A stretch of 64,000 nucleotides of DNA, from NCBI GenBank assembly GCA_016182485.1, contig JACPGH010000006.1, positions 26,461 to 90,460 of the forward strand. The letters run 5' to 3'. A model generated the notes under the pieces. The model did no database searches and was not told where the DNA came from. It was given only the letters and a program-made list of their open reading frames with translations. Below, piece after piece: positions 1 through 8,569 of this stretch. A program made the translations under genes and the position numbers. The DNA comes from Candidatus Kaiserbacteria bacterium (lineage in GTDB: Bacteria; Patescibacteriota; Minisyncoccia; Phycocordibacterales; Phycocordibacteraceae). Position 1 is the first letter of the stretch; each line of letters begins with the position of its first letter.

Positions 1-245
1 ATCACTTTCTTGGGATCGAGGCCGACGGCGAGATACGCCATCACTACCTCGCGGGTGCGGCGGCGCATCTCCTCGGCATCTTGAATGGAATTAAGCGCGT
101 GGTAATCGGCGACGAAAATATAGGGCTTGTACTTCCCCTCCTTCACCAATGACACGAACTGGCGCATCGCGCCGAAATAGTTGCCGATATGCAGGTCCCC
201 GGTCGGCTTAACGCCGGACACCAGAATTTTCTGCGAGTCGCTCAT
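1..245 (-). CDS. trpS: Tryptophanyl-tRNA synthetase, N-terminal part only (gene continues beyond the window start)
   Basis: Reverse translation from the ATG at 243-245 gives MSDSQKILVSGVKPTGDLHIGNYFGAMRQFV...YIFVADYHAL, which is the class I HIGH motif and the TrpRS N-terminus. There is no stop inside the window, which is why the ORF track omits it. Confidence 0.6.
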   Translation of the reverse strand, partial: MSDSQKILVSGVKPTGDLHIGNYFGAMRQFVSLVKEGKYKPYIFVADYHALNSIQDAEEMRRRTREVVMAYLAVGLDPKKV

Positions 246-257
246 CCGGCTACAATA

Positions 258-1355
258 TCATGAAGCCGCGGTTGAGGCATACCGTTCGCAAATACGCTTC
301 ATAAGACCCGGCCCTTCGAAAATCATGCCGGTTATGAGCTGAATAAGATCGGCCCCGGCTGCGAATTTTTCCATCGCGTCTTCCGGCGTGAAGATGCCGC
401 CACAGCCGATTATCGTGAAGCGCCTGTCATACCTATCGCGCGTTTTCCGTATTAATTCGGTCGACAGCTTCCAACAAGGCGCGCCCGAGAGCCCGCCTCG
501 AAACTGTTTCGGCGCATCTCCGGGATATGCCAGGTCGCTGTAATTTTTATTCAGATTTCCGATAATGACGCCGTGTATCTTGTTCTTGTCAGCGATCGCT
601 AGCAGGGCGGCGAATTGTTCCCACGGCACATTGATAGGCATTTTAAGATACACGGGCTTCGTGCATGGGATCTCTCGTAAGCGCGGCAAGAGTCGCGCGA
701 GAAGAACGGGGTCGGCGAACGTCTCGCCGGTGAATGCATTCGGGCACGAAATATTGATAGTGAAATAATCGCAGATGTTCGCTTCGTTCAGTTTCTCAAA
801 AGATTCGGAGTAATCGCGAATGCCCGCTTCGCCGGAGCTACAGCGAGGCGAGCCGGCTGCGACATCTGTCGCGGCGGCCGGCCCGTTCGTGCGCGCTATC
901 GAAATGCCGAGTACGAATCCGGGGATTCTTCGTGTTCTTTTCAATTTCGAAATGAGCGCGTCTACGCCTTCGTTTCGCAAGCCTTTGTACACTACAAGGC
1001 TCTTGTTGCGCACAAGCCGCGTTAATTGCGGCCGGGGATTGCCAGCGCAGGGATGCGCGGTTACAGAGCCGATCTCTTCCCCGCCGAACGCGAGCGCGGG
1101 CAGTATGCGGGTGAGCCGCCCATCGGGATCGAATCCCGCGGAGAGCACGATGGGCGTGCGGTAACGGATGCCGTCTACCGTCTTGCTGATGTCCGGTCCA
1201 CGGTAATTGTATGCGAGATCGAGTAGTTTCCTCGCTGGCGCGAATCGTCCCGCCGCCTCCCCTATCGTCGTAAACGCCTCATGGACTGCATCGGGCTTGA
1301 ATTTAAATAGAATCGGCTTCAGCGCGTGTCTGTATGCCGTATCCAAGGCATTCAT
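258..1355 (-). CDS. pyrD: Dihydroorotate dehydrogenase (quinone), class 2
   Basis: The 429-aa ORF 258..1547 has a likely start at Met65 (MNALDTAYRHALKPILFKFKPD..., ATG at 1353-1355). The class-2 membrane-association N-terminus, the active-site region SCPNAFTGE, and the FMN-binding C-terminus IIGCGGIFTPEDA are all present. Confidence 0.85.
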   Translation of the reverse strand: MNALDTAYRHALKPILFKFKPDAVHEAFTTIGEAAGRFAPARKLLDLAYNYRGPDISKTVDGIRYRTPIVLSAGFDPDGRLTRILPALAFGGEEIGSVTAHPCAGNPRPQLTRLVRNKSLVVYKGLRNEGVDALISKLKRTRRIPGFVLGISIARTNGPAAATDVAAGSPRCSSGEAGIRDYSESFEKLNEANICDYFTINISCPNAFTGETFADPVLLARLLPRLREIPCTKPVYLKMPINVPWEQFAALLAIADKNKIHGVIIGNLNKNYSDLAYPGDAPKQFRGGLSGAPCWKLSTELIRKTRDRYDRRFTIIGCGGIFTPEDAMEKFAAGADLIQLITGMIFEGPGLMKRICERYASTAAS

Positions 1356-1383
1356 AGTCGTACAATAACACTTTTCTGAATCG

Positions 1384-1396
1384 TGTGGTATAATTT
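1384..1396 (+). promoter_or_regulatory. Putative extended -10 promoter (TGgTATAAT) in the divergent pyrD / small-ORF intergenic region
   Basis: tcgTGTGGTATAATttc lies 55 nt upstream of the ATG at 1451. The GGGAGGG Shine-Dalgarno sits at 1438-1444. Confidence 0.35.
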
Positions 1397-1450
1397 CATT
1401 CGGGTGTTCGGTTTCAAAGGTGAATTCACAACTGAGTGGGAGGGACAACA

Positions 1451-1837
1451 ATGTCACATGAGTCGCGGCTGCAAACCCTAACTGCGCGTGAGGCATGGCT
1501 CCAGGCGCTGGTTCTGCCCGGCATCTTCGCATTTCTCGCCGGCGCAATGATGGCCCTGATCTTACTCATGATCGCATGGGCCATTCCAGACTGGAATACA
1601 TCCGCACCGGTCTTCGGCGCTCACATGTCTGTGAGAACCTCGGTCTACGGCGGAATGCTGTTCGCGCTGCTGTTCATACCGGCCGTCTTCATCCCCCTGC
1701 AGTACTCTGATCTACGTACGTGCTACGTGCGCTGCCTCGAATGCCGAGAGCTGCGCCGAACCGTGGACATCGAGCACTTCAGAACGGTGCAACGATGCTC
1801 CTCCTGCCAGCACGAACTCAGACCACGCAACTCGTAG
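1451..1837 (+). CDS. Hypothetical small membrane protein with C-terminal Cys4 zinc-ribbon (CxxC...CxxC)
   Basis: The track ORF 1436..1837 starts at a GTG. The ATG at 1451 is preceded by GGGAGGG. Two hydrophobic helices are followed by CLECREL...CSSCQHEL. Confidence 0.5.
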   Translation: MSHESRLQTLTAREAWLQALVLPGIFAFLAGAMMALILLMIAWAIPDWNTSAPVFGAHMSVRTSVYGGMLFALLFIPAVFIPLQYSDLRTCYVRCLECRELRRTVDIEHFRTVQRCSSCQHELRPRNS

Positions 1838-1933
1838 CTACTGTCTCGACAGCCCGTTCGGGTCCAACCCCCGACCGGGCTGTTCTTCATTCATTCAACA
1901 CCTGTCTTTAAAGTATGGCTAGGTAATATTCTG

Positions 1934-2017
1934 TGCGCCGGGGAGGATTCGAACCTCCGTAGCCCATTGGGCGACAGGTTTACAGCCTGTTGCGATTGAC
2001 CACTCCGCCACCGACGC
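1934..2017 (-). tRNA. tRNA-Tyr (anticodon GTA), long variable arm, CCA not encoded
   Basis: The minus-strand sequence is GCGTCGGTGGCGGAGTGGTCAATCGCAACAGGCTGTAAACCTGTCGCCCAATGGGCTACGGAGGTTCGAATCCTCCCCGGCGCA. It has an anticodon stem ACAGG/CCTGT, loop CUGUAAA, T-arm GGAGG-TTCGAAT-CCTCC, and a 7-bp acceptor with one G-U pair. Confidence 0.8.
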
Positions 2018-2032
2018 GTGATTAAACTATAC

Positions 2033-3340
2033 TCAATTCTTCAGTAATTTCAAAACGAGGACGAGGACGCCTGACTTGCCTTTGCGTACTAGAGCGTAGC
2101 CATTAGAAAGGTCGCCGATATTGATAGTCTGATCGGGGTTAGTGATCGGCAGGCCTGAGAGCGTAATTCCCCGCCCTTCTATCAAGCGGCGCGCATCGGA
2201 TTTGGAGGATGCGAGGCCGCCGGCGACAAGCGCTTCGGTGAGCTGGTATCCGTTTACAAGGTTCGACCTTGTAATTGTGAGGGAAGGAGCCTCTGCGAGC
2301 GCGACGGCGAGCGCGTCGCGCGAGAGCTCGTGGAATGGCACGTCGCCAAAAAGGGCGTCGGTGGCCGCGGTCGCCTGCGCGGCCGCGGCAGGTCCGTGCA
2401 CGATCTCGGTTATGAGCCGGGCTAATGTCTCCTGCGCTTCCCGTTGACTCGGGTCCTGCCGATGCTTTTCCATCAACGCGCTGATTTCTTCCAGAGGCAG
2501 GAACGTGTATACCTTGAGATACTGTTCGATGCTCTCATCCGGCAGTCCGAGCCAAAACTGATAGAACTGGAAGGGCGAAGTCTTCTTCGGGTCGAGCCAT
2601 ACGGCGTTCCCCTCGCTCTTGCCGAACTTCTTGCCTGCTGAGTCTGAAGTCAGAGGGAATGCGAGCGCATAGACCTGTTCACCCAAACGTTTGCGAATTA
2701 GATCGACGCCTGACAGCACATTGGTCCATTGATCCGAGCCGCCGATTTGCAAATTGACTCCGTATTTCTCGTGCAGGGTGAAATAGTCGAACCCTTGCAA
2801 GAGCGCATAGGTGAATTCGGAATATGAAATGCTATCCTCGGGAGTTTCAAGCCGTTTCTTAATTATCTCTCGCTTTATTAAGTCATTAACTGTAAAGTGC
2901 TTGCCGACGTCACGCAAAAATGAGACGAGCCGCGTACTCATGAGCCAGTCTGCGTTATCAACCATCTTAAACGAGATGCCGCCAAGGATTTTTTTTAGCT
3001 GCGCTTTGAGAGCCTTCGTATTTCTCGCTACCGTTTTTTCATCCAGCATCGGACGCTCCCCTTTTTCCTTTGGGTCACCGATCATGCCGGTGCCTCCGCC
3101 AACGAGGAATATCAATTTGTGCCCCGCGTCCCCGAGTCGCTTCATCAGCAATATCCACGTAAGGTGTCCGACATGAAGCGAGTCAGCGGTCGGGTCAGTC
3201 CCGATGTAGACCGTGCGCGGCGTTCGAAGAATATCTTCCGGTTCGGCCGACGCGTGCTCTATCAACCCACGCGCCTTAAGCTCTTCTGCGAGGCTTGCCC
3301 CGTTTGAACGCGAGCCCTCGAGCTTTCTAATGGGGGTCAT
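2033..3340 (-). CDS. tyrS: Tyrosyl-tRNA synthetase
   Basis: 435 aa with HVGH (class I HIGH), the KFGKS (KMSKS-type) motif, and a C-terminal S4-like domain. Confidence 0.9.
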   Translation of the reverse strand: MTPIRKLEGSRSNGASLAEELKARGLIEHASAEPEDILRTPRTVYIGTDPTADSLHVGHLTWILLMKRLGDAGHKLIFLVGGGTGMIGDPKEKGERPMLDEKTVARNTKALKAQLKKILGGISFKMVDNADWLMSTRLVSFLRDVGKHFTVNDLIKREIIKKRLETPEDSISYSEFTYALLQGFDYFTLHEKYGVNLQIGGSDQWTNVLSGVDLIRKRLGEQVYALAFPLTSDSAGKKFGKSEGNAVWLDPKKTSPFQFYQFWLGLPDESIEQYLKVYTFLPLEEISALMEKHRQDPSQREAQETLARLITEIVHGPAAAAQATAATDALFGDVPFHELSRDALAVALAEAPSLTITRSNLVNGYQLTEALVAGGLASSKSDARRLIEGRGITLSGLPITNPDQTINIGDLSNGYALVRKGKSGVLVLVLKLLKN

Positions 3341-3375
3341 GTAGTAAATATACCATTAATCATACATTAATTACG

Positions 3376-3403
3376 AAGGGGCCGTAGTCGCCTACGGCCC
3401 CTT
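3376..3403. terminator. Perfect 12-bp hairpin (AAGGGGCCGTAG-tcgc-CTACGGCCCCTT), likely terminator for the minus-strand ORF ending at 3411
   Basis: Inverted repeat read directly from the sequence. An AT-rich stretch follows it on the minus strand. Confidence 0.5.
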
Positions 3404-3410
3404 GTCCCGT

Positions 3411-3896
3411 CTACACCAGCTGGTATCGCTCCAGCCAGCACGCTCCGACGCAATCCTCCCACGCCGGCACAACGTCGCGTTCCGGTTCTTGTCTGGCCGC
3501 GACTATCTCGAAGTCCGGATTTAGCCACAGCTCATTGATTTCACCGACGATCGATTCGAACGGTGTCCCGTTCGGGTACAGCTCTAGCCAAGCGTTGCGC
3601 TCGGCTTCTGTCGTGCGAGCCTTGTTCCTGTGGATCGGTCCCAACCATCCGGTATAGACCTTTCCGTTAGATCTCCGGATGCTGAGCACAGAATTGCCGG
3701 CTGGCGCAAGAAGTCCGTTCAACTTGTTCACTATCTTCGCGGGGCTAAAATTACCCGGGAAGATCAGTGACCACGCCGCGTGCCTCTTGCTGTTTATATA
3801 CAGAACTGCGCCGCTGTGGCCACCTCCCGCCTTGGTCCTTCTATGATGTCGATTGAATTCAGGTTCAGGCCCTCGCCGTCCGGTCGATCGCCTCAT
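3411..3896 (-). CDS. Hypothetical protein with a basic N-terminus
   Basis: The ORF 3411..3947 begins at a TTG. The first ATG is at 3894-3896 (MRRSTGRR...). No recognisable motifs. Confidence 0.4.
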   Translation of the reverse strand: MRRSTGRRGPEPEFNRHHRRTKAGGGHSGAVLYINSKRHAAWSLIFPGNFSPAKIVNKLNGLLAPAGNSVLSIRRSNGKVYTGWLGPIHRNKARTTEAERNAWLELYPNGTPFESIVGEINELWLNPDFEIVAARQEPERDVVPAWEDCVGACWLERYQLV

Positions 3897-4072
3897 GCGT
3901 GCTGACCAGGAACGGGAAACGCCATCAGAGCATCTCTCCTTTCTCAAAGAACGTTAAGAAATTATGCGGTGCGCGGCATCATGCGCCGCATGCCAAGAAT
4001 CTATGTCAATACTACTATCAAGTTTATAGCTCAAGCTGAGTTGTCCTCACTCTCAGCATGGCCGCTAAAATA

Positions 4073-5869
4073 TTACTCGTGAAGTCCTACGTGGAGATTG
4101 TAAAGATGCCTGTACGTTCCGTCTTCTTTGGCAAGCAATTCTTCATGCGTACCCTCTTCTGCCACCCCACCGTCCTTTATGACTAAAATTTTATCCGCCT
4201 TGCGCACGGTTGAAAGCCTGTGCGCGATAATAAATGTCGTTCTGTCACGCATGAGTTTTTCAAGCGACGCTGTAATGAGTTGTTCCGTTTCGATATCGAG
4301 AGCCGAGGTCGGCTCGTCGAGGATGAGGAATTCCGGATTGCGTAAAATTGCCCTGGCGATAGCCACACGCTGTTTTTGACCGACCGAGAGTTTGATGCCC
4401 CTTTCTCCAACGATAGTGTCATACCCTTTTGCCTGCAGCATGATGAAGTCGTGTATATGCGCCTCCTGAGCTGCATGCTCAACCTCTGCATCCGAAGCGC
4501 TGAATGAACCGTACCGAATATTCGACCGGATCGTATCGTTGAATAGGGCAACCTCCTGTGGCACGACCGCAATTCGCGAACGCAGCGCAAGCAGGTCCCA
4601 TTCACGAGTATCCACGCCTTCAACAAGCACTTTTCCTTCTGTTGGGAAATAGTAGCCAGATATAAGCGATATTGCGCTGGATTTGCCTACCCCCGACTCG
4701 CCTACAAAGGCAGTGACCTGCCCAGGCTTAGTGCTGAATGACAAATGAGACAGAACTAGTCTTTGTTCCTCTTCATAACGGAATGAAACATCTCTGAATT
4801 CAACAACTCCCGCCAGAGGTCCCGAGTTGTGGGCGTTTGCAGGATGATATATTTCCTGCGGTTTTCTGAAAATGCGCTCGACAGAACCAGCAGTCGTCAG
4901 ACCGTTCTGAATTACTTGCCAGCTATAGCCAAGCGATACCAGCGGTCCGAAGAACATGAGCGCATAGCCGTTAAACGCGACCAGTTCGCCAACGGTAATT
5001 ATACCTGCGCTCACATATTGCACCGAAACTATGAAAATAGATGCTTGAGTAAGAAAAACAATGACACGCTGCCAGAGATTAAGGCGATTCCAGTTGAGCT
5101 CGTTTTTATACCAAAGGGCGACAACGTCGCCTTTCAGCGTTTTACGTATGCGTGCAATTTCATATTCCTCGGCGGCAGCCTGCTTAACGGCCGCGGATTG
5201 GCTCACGGCTGAGGCCGCGTCGTCCCACCGGTCGTTCCATGCGCGATGCGCACGATCGTCGACAGACGCAGTGCCCTGCAGGAGTATGACGAGCGCGCAG
5301 GCATACACGATAACGCCGGCGGTCAGAATAAGAGCCAGGGTAGTATTGATGCTTAGAGCCAAGGTGATGCCGATGACGATGGATAATAGCTGCGGAGAAA
5401 TTTGAATCGCCGTTCTCAATATTGCGTTAATCCGCCACGAAGCCGAACTGATACGGCTAAATACCGCCTGAATATGTTCTTGAGTGTGAAATGACAGAGG
5501 CAATTGGAGCAGGTGAATAAAGCCTTCAGCTTGAACGCCGATATGCATATCCGTATCCAGCCAGCGGCGCTTTCGATCGATCCACCAATCTACAAAATCA
5601 GATACGATACGGGTTACAGCCCATGCAATGAGTACTAGCGCAATGTAAGGCAATCCATTTGATTGGGTAGGATTGCCCTGCGAGATCGCGATCAGTGCAT
5701 CGAAGAAGCGACCGGTTACATATGGTACAAATCCGTTCGCGATCGCTGAAATAAGGCCGAGAACCCCGACTAGTACGAGCGTGCTCTTATAAGAACTCGC
5801 ATGGCGCCAAATACCTTGGACGCCTTCACTGAAGGATACCGGCGGCTCCTTTGGGTCGTCCTTTTCCAT
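4073..5869 (-). CDS. ABC transporter, fused permease/ATPase (type I exporter, MsbA-like)
   Basis: 598 aa. The N-terminal half has six TM helices. The C-terminal NBD has Walker A GESGVGKSS, signature LSVGQKQR, and Walker B ILDEPTSALD. Confidence 0.9.
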   Translation of the reverse strand: MEKDDPKEPPVSFSEGVQGIWRHASSYKSTLVLVGVLGLISAIANGFVPYVTGRFFDALIAISQGNPTQSNGLPYIALVLIAWAVTRIVSDFVDWWIDRKRRWLDTDMHIGVQAEGFIHLLQLPLSFHTQEHIQAVFSRISSASWRINAILRTAIQISPQLLSIVIGITLALSINTTLALILTAGVIVYACALVILLQGTASVDDRAHRAWNDRWDDAASAVSQSAAVKQAAAEEYEIARIRKTLKGDVVALWYKNELNWNRLNLWQRVIVFLTQASIFIVSVQYVSAGIITVGELVAFNGYALMFFGPLVSLGYSWQVIQNGLTTAGSVERIFRKPQEIYHPANAHNSGPLAGVVEFRDVSFRYEEEQRLVLSHLSFSTKPGQVTAFVGESGVGKSSAISLISGYYFPTEGKVLVEGVDTREWDLLALRSRIAVVPQEVALFNDTIRSNIRYGSFSASDAEVEHAAQEAHIHDFIMLQAKGYDTIVGERGIKLSVGQKQRVAIARAILRNPEFLILDEPTSALDIETEQLITASLEKLMRDRTTFIIAHRLSTVRKADKILVIKDGGVAEEGTHEELLAKEDGTYRHLYNLHVGLHE

Positions 5870-5878
5870 TTCTTTAGC

Positions 5879-6400
5879 TTATCTCGCAAGGAAGAAAAGG
5901 CCAACTGCGGGGGCGATGAACCACCAAAAGAAGTATTGTTTCGCGGCGAAGAGGAAATCGATAGCCGGCGTGAATTGGTAGACCGTGGCGACCGGGAAGA
6001 TGTGGTACGCGAGCGCGAGCAGGAAGGCCGCGCCGAGGAACGAGAGCGCGATGAGGCCGAATATGCCAATATAGAGAAAATCGGAGACGACGACGCGGCG
6101 CAGGATGATGTAGAAAACAATTGCGACAGCGGCATATACGCCGATTTGCGACAGAAGCGCCGTCATCGCCGGCGCCGTCGGCAGGTACGACATGTACGGG
6201 AAGACGGCGTAGACCGCGTAGGCCGCATAGAATGAGAGTAGAAGGGCGACGAACGGCCCGCGCCCGACGTACCACGCGAAGAGGAAAAGGGCCCCGACGA
6301 GAACGAGAAGGATCACGAAGTCGCTCATCCCGTTCCATACCGTGAGCGCCGTATTGGTCGCAAGCGTATTCACCTGCGCGAGGCCGGTCGTGGCTGACAT
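5879..6400 (-). CDS. Hypothetical polytopic membrane protein
   Basis: 173 aa, very hydrophobic, with 4-5 predicted helices. Its stop is 10 nt upstream of the ABC exporter start, so the two are probably in one operon. Confidence 0.55.
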   Translation of the reverse strand: MSATTGLAQVNTLATNTALTVWNGMSDFVILLVLVGALFLFAWYVGRGPFVALLLSFYAAYAVYAVFPYMSYLPTAPAMTALLSQIGVYAAVAIVFYIILRRVVVSDFLYIGIFGLIALSFLGAAFLLALAYHIFPVATVYQFTPAIDFLFAAKQYFFWWFIAPAVGLFFLAR

Positions 6401-6410
6401 GATAAATAGC

Positions 6411-6493
6411 TTATAGGCTTTAGGCGCTAGGCGCTAGCAAATCCGTGTGGAATCTTAATGCTAAAGCCTAGCGCCTAAGGCCTAATGGCTAGC
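6411..6493. repeat. Tandem TAGGCGC heptamers and their inverted partner forming a long imperfect hairpin
   Basis: aggcttTAGGCGCTAGGCGCTAGC ... gctaaagCCTAGCGCCTAAGGCCTAatggctagc. It sits between the dnaJ stop and the upstream gene start. Confidence 0.6.
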
Positions 6494-7597
6494 TCAAAGC
6501 CCCTCGCTCTTGAGATCCTCGATGGATTTTTTCGCCTTGCCGGAGAGTTTGTGCGGCAGGGCCACTTCGAGCCGGATGATGAGATCGCCGCGGCCGGAGT
6601 CAGCCGGGATGCCCTTCCCTGCTACGCGCAGGAGCTCTTCGGCGCGCTTCATCGGCGGGATCTTCACTTCGAGCGTCTTGTCGTCCAGACTTTCAATAGT
6701 GACTGTGGTGCCCAGGAGCGCGTCGGTAAGCTTGACAGGCAATGTCATCACTAAATTATTCCCTTCGCGGCGGAAGATTGGATGCGGCTTCACATGTACC
6801 TTCACATAGAGATCCCCCGCGAGCCCCGCCTTAATCGCTTCGCCCTTTTGCGGCATGCGTATCATCTCTCCGTTATCGATGCCGGCCGGGATGACTATGT
6901 GGATCTCTTCTTCCTTGCGCCTCGTGCCCTTGCCGTGGCATTCCGGGCACTTCTCTTTCGGCACTTGCCCGCCGCCTTCGCAGACCATGCATGTGCGCAC
7001 GCTCGAGAATTGGCCGAGGATGGAGTTACGCGTCTCGCGGATGCGGCCGGTGCCATTGCAAGTTTTGCACTTCTCGAGGTCAGTACCGGGCTTGGCTCCC
7101 GAACCCCGACAGAGCGCGCAAGTCGAGACTTTCGCTATTAGAACCTCGCGCATCGTGCCGTACGCCGCCTCCTTGAACGATATCTCTAGGTCGATAGAAA
7201 TGTCCCTACCCCGCGCCGTGCGCGCCCTGCCCTGCGAACCGCCGAAGATGTCCCCGAATATATCACTGAAGTCCCCGCCGAATGCGGATCCTCCTTCGGA
7301 AGAGAACTCGAATCCACCGTTCTTGAACATATCGCTGAAGTCGAAACCGCCGAACGAACCTGCGCCGTTAGGTGCCGAGCCCTGCGAGGTAAAGGCTTGA
7401 CCATACGCGTCGTATTCCCGGCGCCTCTTTTCATCAGAAAGGACGGCGTAGGCCTCGGTCACCTCTTTGAACTTGGCCTCGTTGCCGTTCCCCTTATCCG
7501 GATGATACTTATGCGCCAGCGTCCTGAACGCTTTCTTAATTTCCTCCTTACCCGCCTTCTTGTCTACGCCTAGCACAGTGTAATAATCCTTGGCCAT
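6494..7597 (-). CDS. dnaJ: Chaperone DnaJ
   Basis: J-domain HPD motif (YHPDKG), a G/F-rich region, and four CxxCxGxG zinc-finger repeats. Confidence 0.95.
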   Translation of the reverse strand: MAKDYYTVLGVDKKAGKEEIKKAFRTLAHKYHPDKGNGNEAKFKEVTEAYAVLSDEKRRREYDAYGQAFTSQGSAPNGAGSFGGFDFSDMFKNGGFEFSSEGGSAFGGDFSDIFGDIFGGSQGRARTARGRDISIDLEISFKEAAYGTMREVLIAKVSTCALCRGSGAKPGTDLEKCKTCNGTGRIRETRNSILGQFSSVRTCMVCEGGGQVPKEKCPECHGKGTRRKEEEIHIVIPAGIDNGEMIRMPQKGEAIKAGLAGDLYVKVHVKPHPIFRREGNNLVMTLPVKLTDALLGTTVTIESLDDKTLEVKIPPMKRAEELLRVAGKGIPADSGRGDLIIRLEVALPHKLSGKAKKSIEDLKSEGL

Positions 7598-7646
7598 ATT
7601 TCTCCTATATTATACTCTGCCGTATTTTTGTATGCAAAAACGTTAA

Positions 7647-7672
7647 GGCGGGGAGCGCACGCGCTCCCCGCC
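7647..7672. terminator. GC-rich hairpin GGCGGGGAGCG-cac-GCGCTCCCCGCC followed by a T-run on the minus strand; terminator of the upstream minus-strand gene
   Basis: Perfect inverted repeat. TATAAT and AGGAG lie on the minus strand between it and the dnaJ ATG. Confidence 0.55.
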
Positions 7673-7678
7673 TCGTGT

Positions 7679-8494
7679 CTATTCCACCTTCATGCCAGCC
7701 GGCAACCGCGCTTCGACGCTCTTCGCGATGTAACTCGCGGTCTCGAAGAGGTCGAGCGTGTCCTCGGGCTTCGTGCGAAGGCGGCCTTCGGCGTCGTTGG
7801 AGAGAAGTGGAAACTCCTCGAGTAACGGGCCGAGCTGTTCCTTCACGTTCTTGGAGGAGAGGCCGCCGGCAATGCCGAGTCCGATATTCCAGCCGCGCTC
7901 CGCGATGGCTCGCAGGTATGCGCGGCCGGTCTCTATAACGAACGGCTCTCCACTGCCTCCAGAAGCATCGATGAGGATGTCGTCTACGAGCGAGACGTAG
8001 TGACCTGTCATCTCCGCCACCCTCAACGGCGAATCGCCCAGTTCACGCATCGCGCGAGCGCCGATCTGCAGGACGAGGCGGGGTTCCGGTCCCATTGCTT
8101 CTCGGTACATCTCGAGATCGCCGATCGACGGCCATGCGATGTTGAGCTGGAAACCGTGCAGGTCCGGTCCTGCCAGCTCGTGAAGGCGAATGAGATCGGC
8201 CGCGAGCCGCATGCGGTTGTCCGTGTTGAAGTGGATGAGGTTGAGCAGAGCTGGATGTCTGCGAAGTGCGGGCCTGAGGCGGTTGATCCTCGGATAGCGG
8301 CCCGGCCACTTGTTGGGTATCCCATTGAGCGTCTTGCTACTCACGAGGTAGCCCAGCATGAGCTGAAGATGCTCGACACGCTTGCCTACCCCGAGCTCGC
8401 TCACGATCAGCATTGCTCCGAGGATGGCTCTCGCGCAGACCACGGCCTCGCTACCCTCCATGATCCCAGTAACTCCCGTGTAAGGGCGTCTCAA
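7679..8494 (-). CDS. TIM-barrel protein resembling phosphoribosylanthranilate isomerase (TrpF/PRAI family)
   Basis: LIDASGGSGEPF resembles the TrpF LLD..GGSG..FDW motif. IAGGLSSKNVKEQ resembles the TrpF LAGGL..NV motif. The assignment is by motif only. Confidence 0.4.
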   Translation of the reverse strand: MRRPYTGVTGIMEGSEAVVCARAILGAMLIVSELGVGKRVEHLQLMLGYLVSSKTLNGIPNKWPGRYPRINRLRPALRRHPALLNLIHFNTDNRMRLAADLIRLHELAGPDLHGFQLNIAWPSIGDLEMYREAMGPEPRLVLQIGARAMRELGDSPLRVAEMTGHYVSLVDDILIDASGGSGEPFVIETGRAYLRAIAERGWNIGLGIAGGLSSKNVKEQLGPLLEEFPLLSNDAEGRLRTKPEDTLDLFETASYIAKSVEARLPAGMKVE

Positions 8495-8569
8495 TGAAGT
8501 TCCTCCCTCGTATGGAATTGGTACTGTCCGGCCTAATAATGCAGGATTGTTAGTAACCTTGTCAATCTC

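Noticed and set aside
1436-1450. 5' extensions offered by the ORF track: the GTG at 1436, the TTG at 3947, the TTG at 10504 (dnaK), the extension to 33771 (leuS), the extension to 47580 (repeat protein), and the extension to 49442 (L,D-transpeptidase)
   Set aside because: The internal ATGs have Shine-Dalgarno sequences or match conserved protein N-termini. The extensions overlap upstream genes or tRNAs.
6411-6493. CRISPR array hypothesis for the TAGGC repeat loci and the various palindromes
   Set aside because: The units are 7 bp and directly abutting with no spacers. The loci hold only 2-4 units. No cas genes are adjacent. The Cas4-like gene is 17 kb away in a housekeeping operon.
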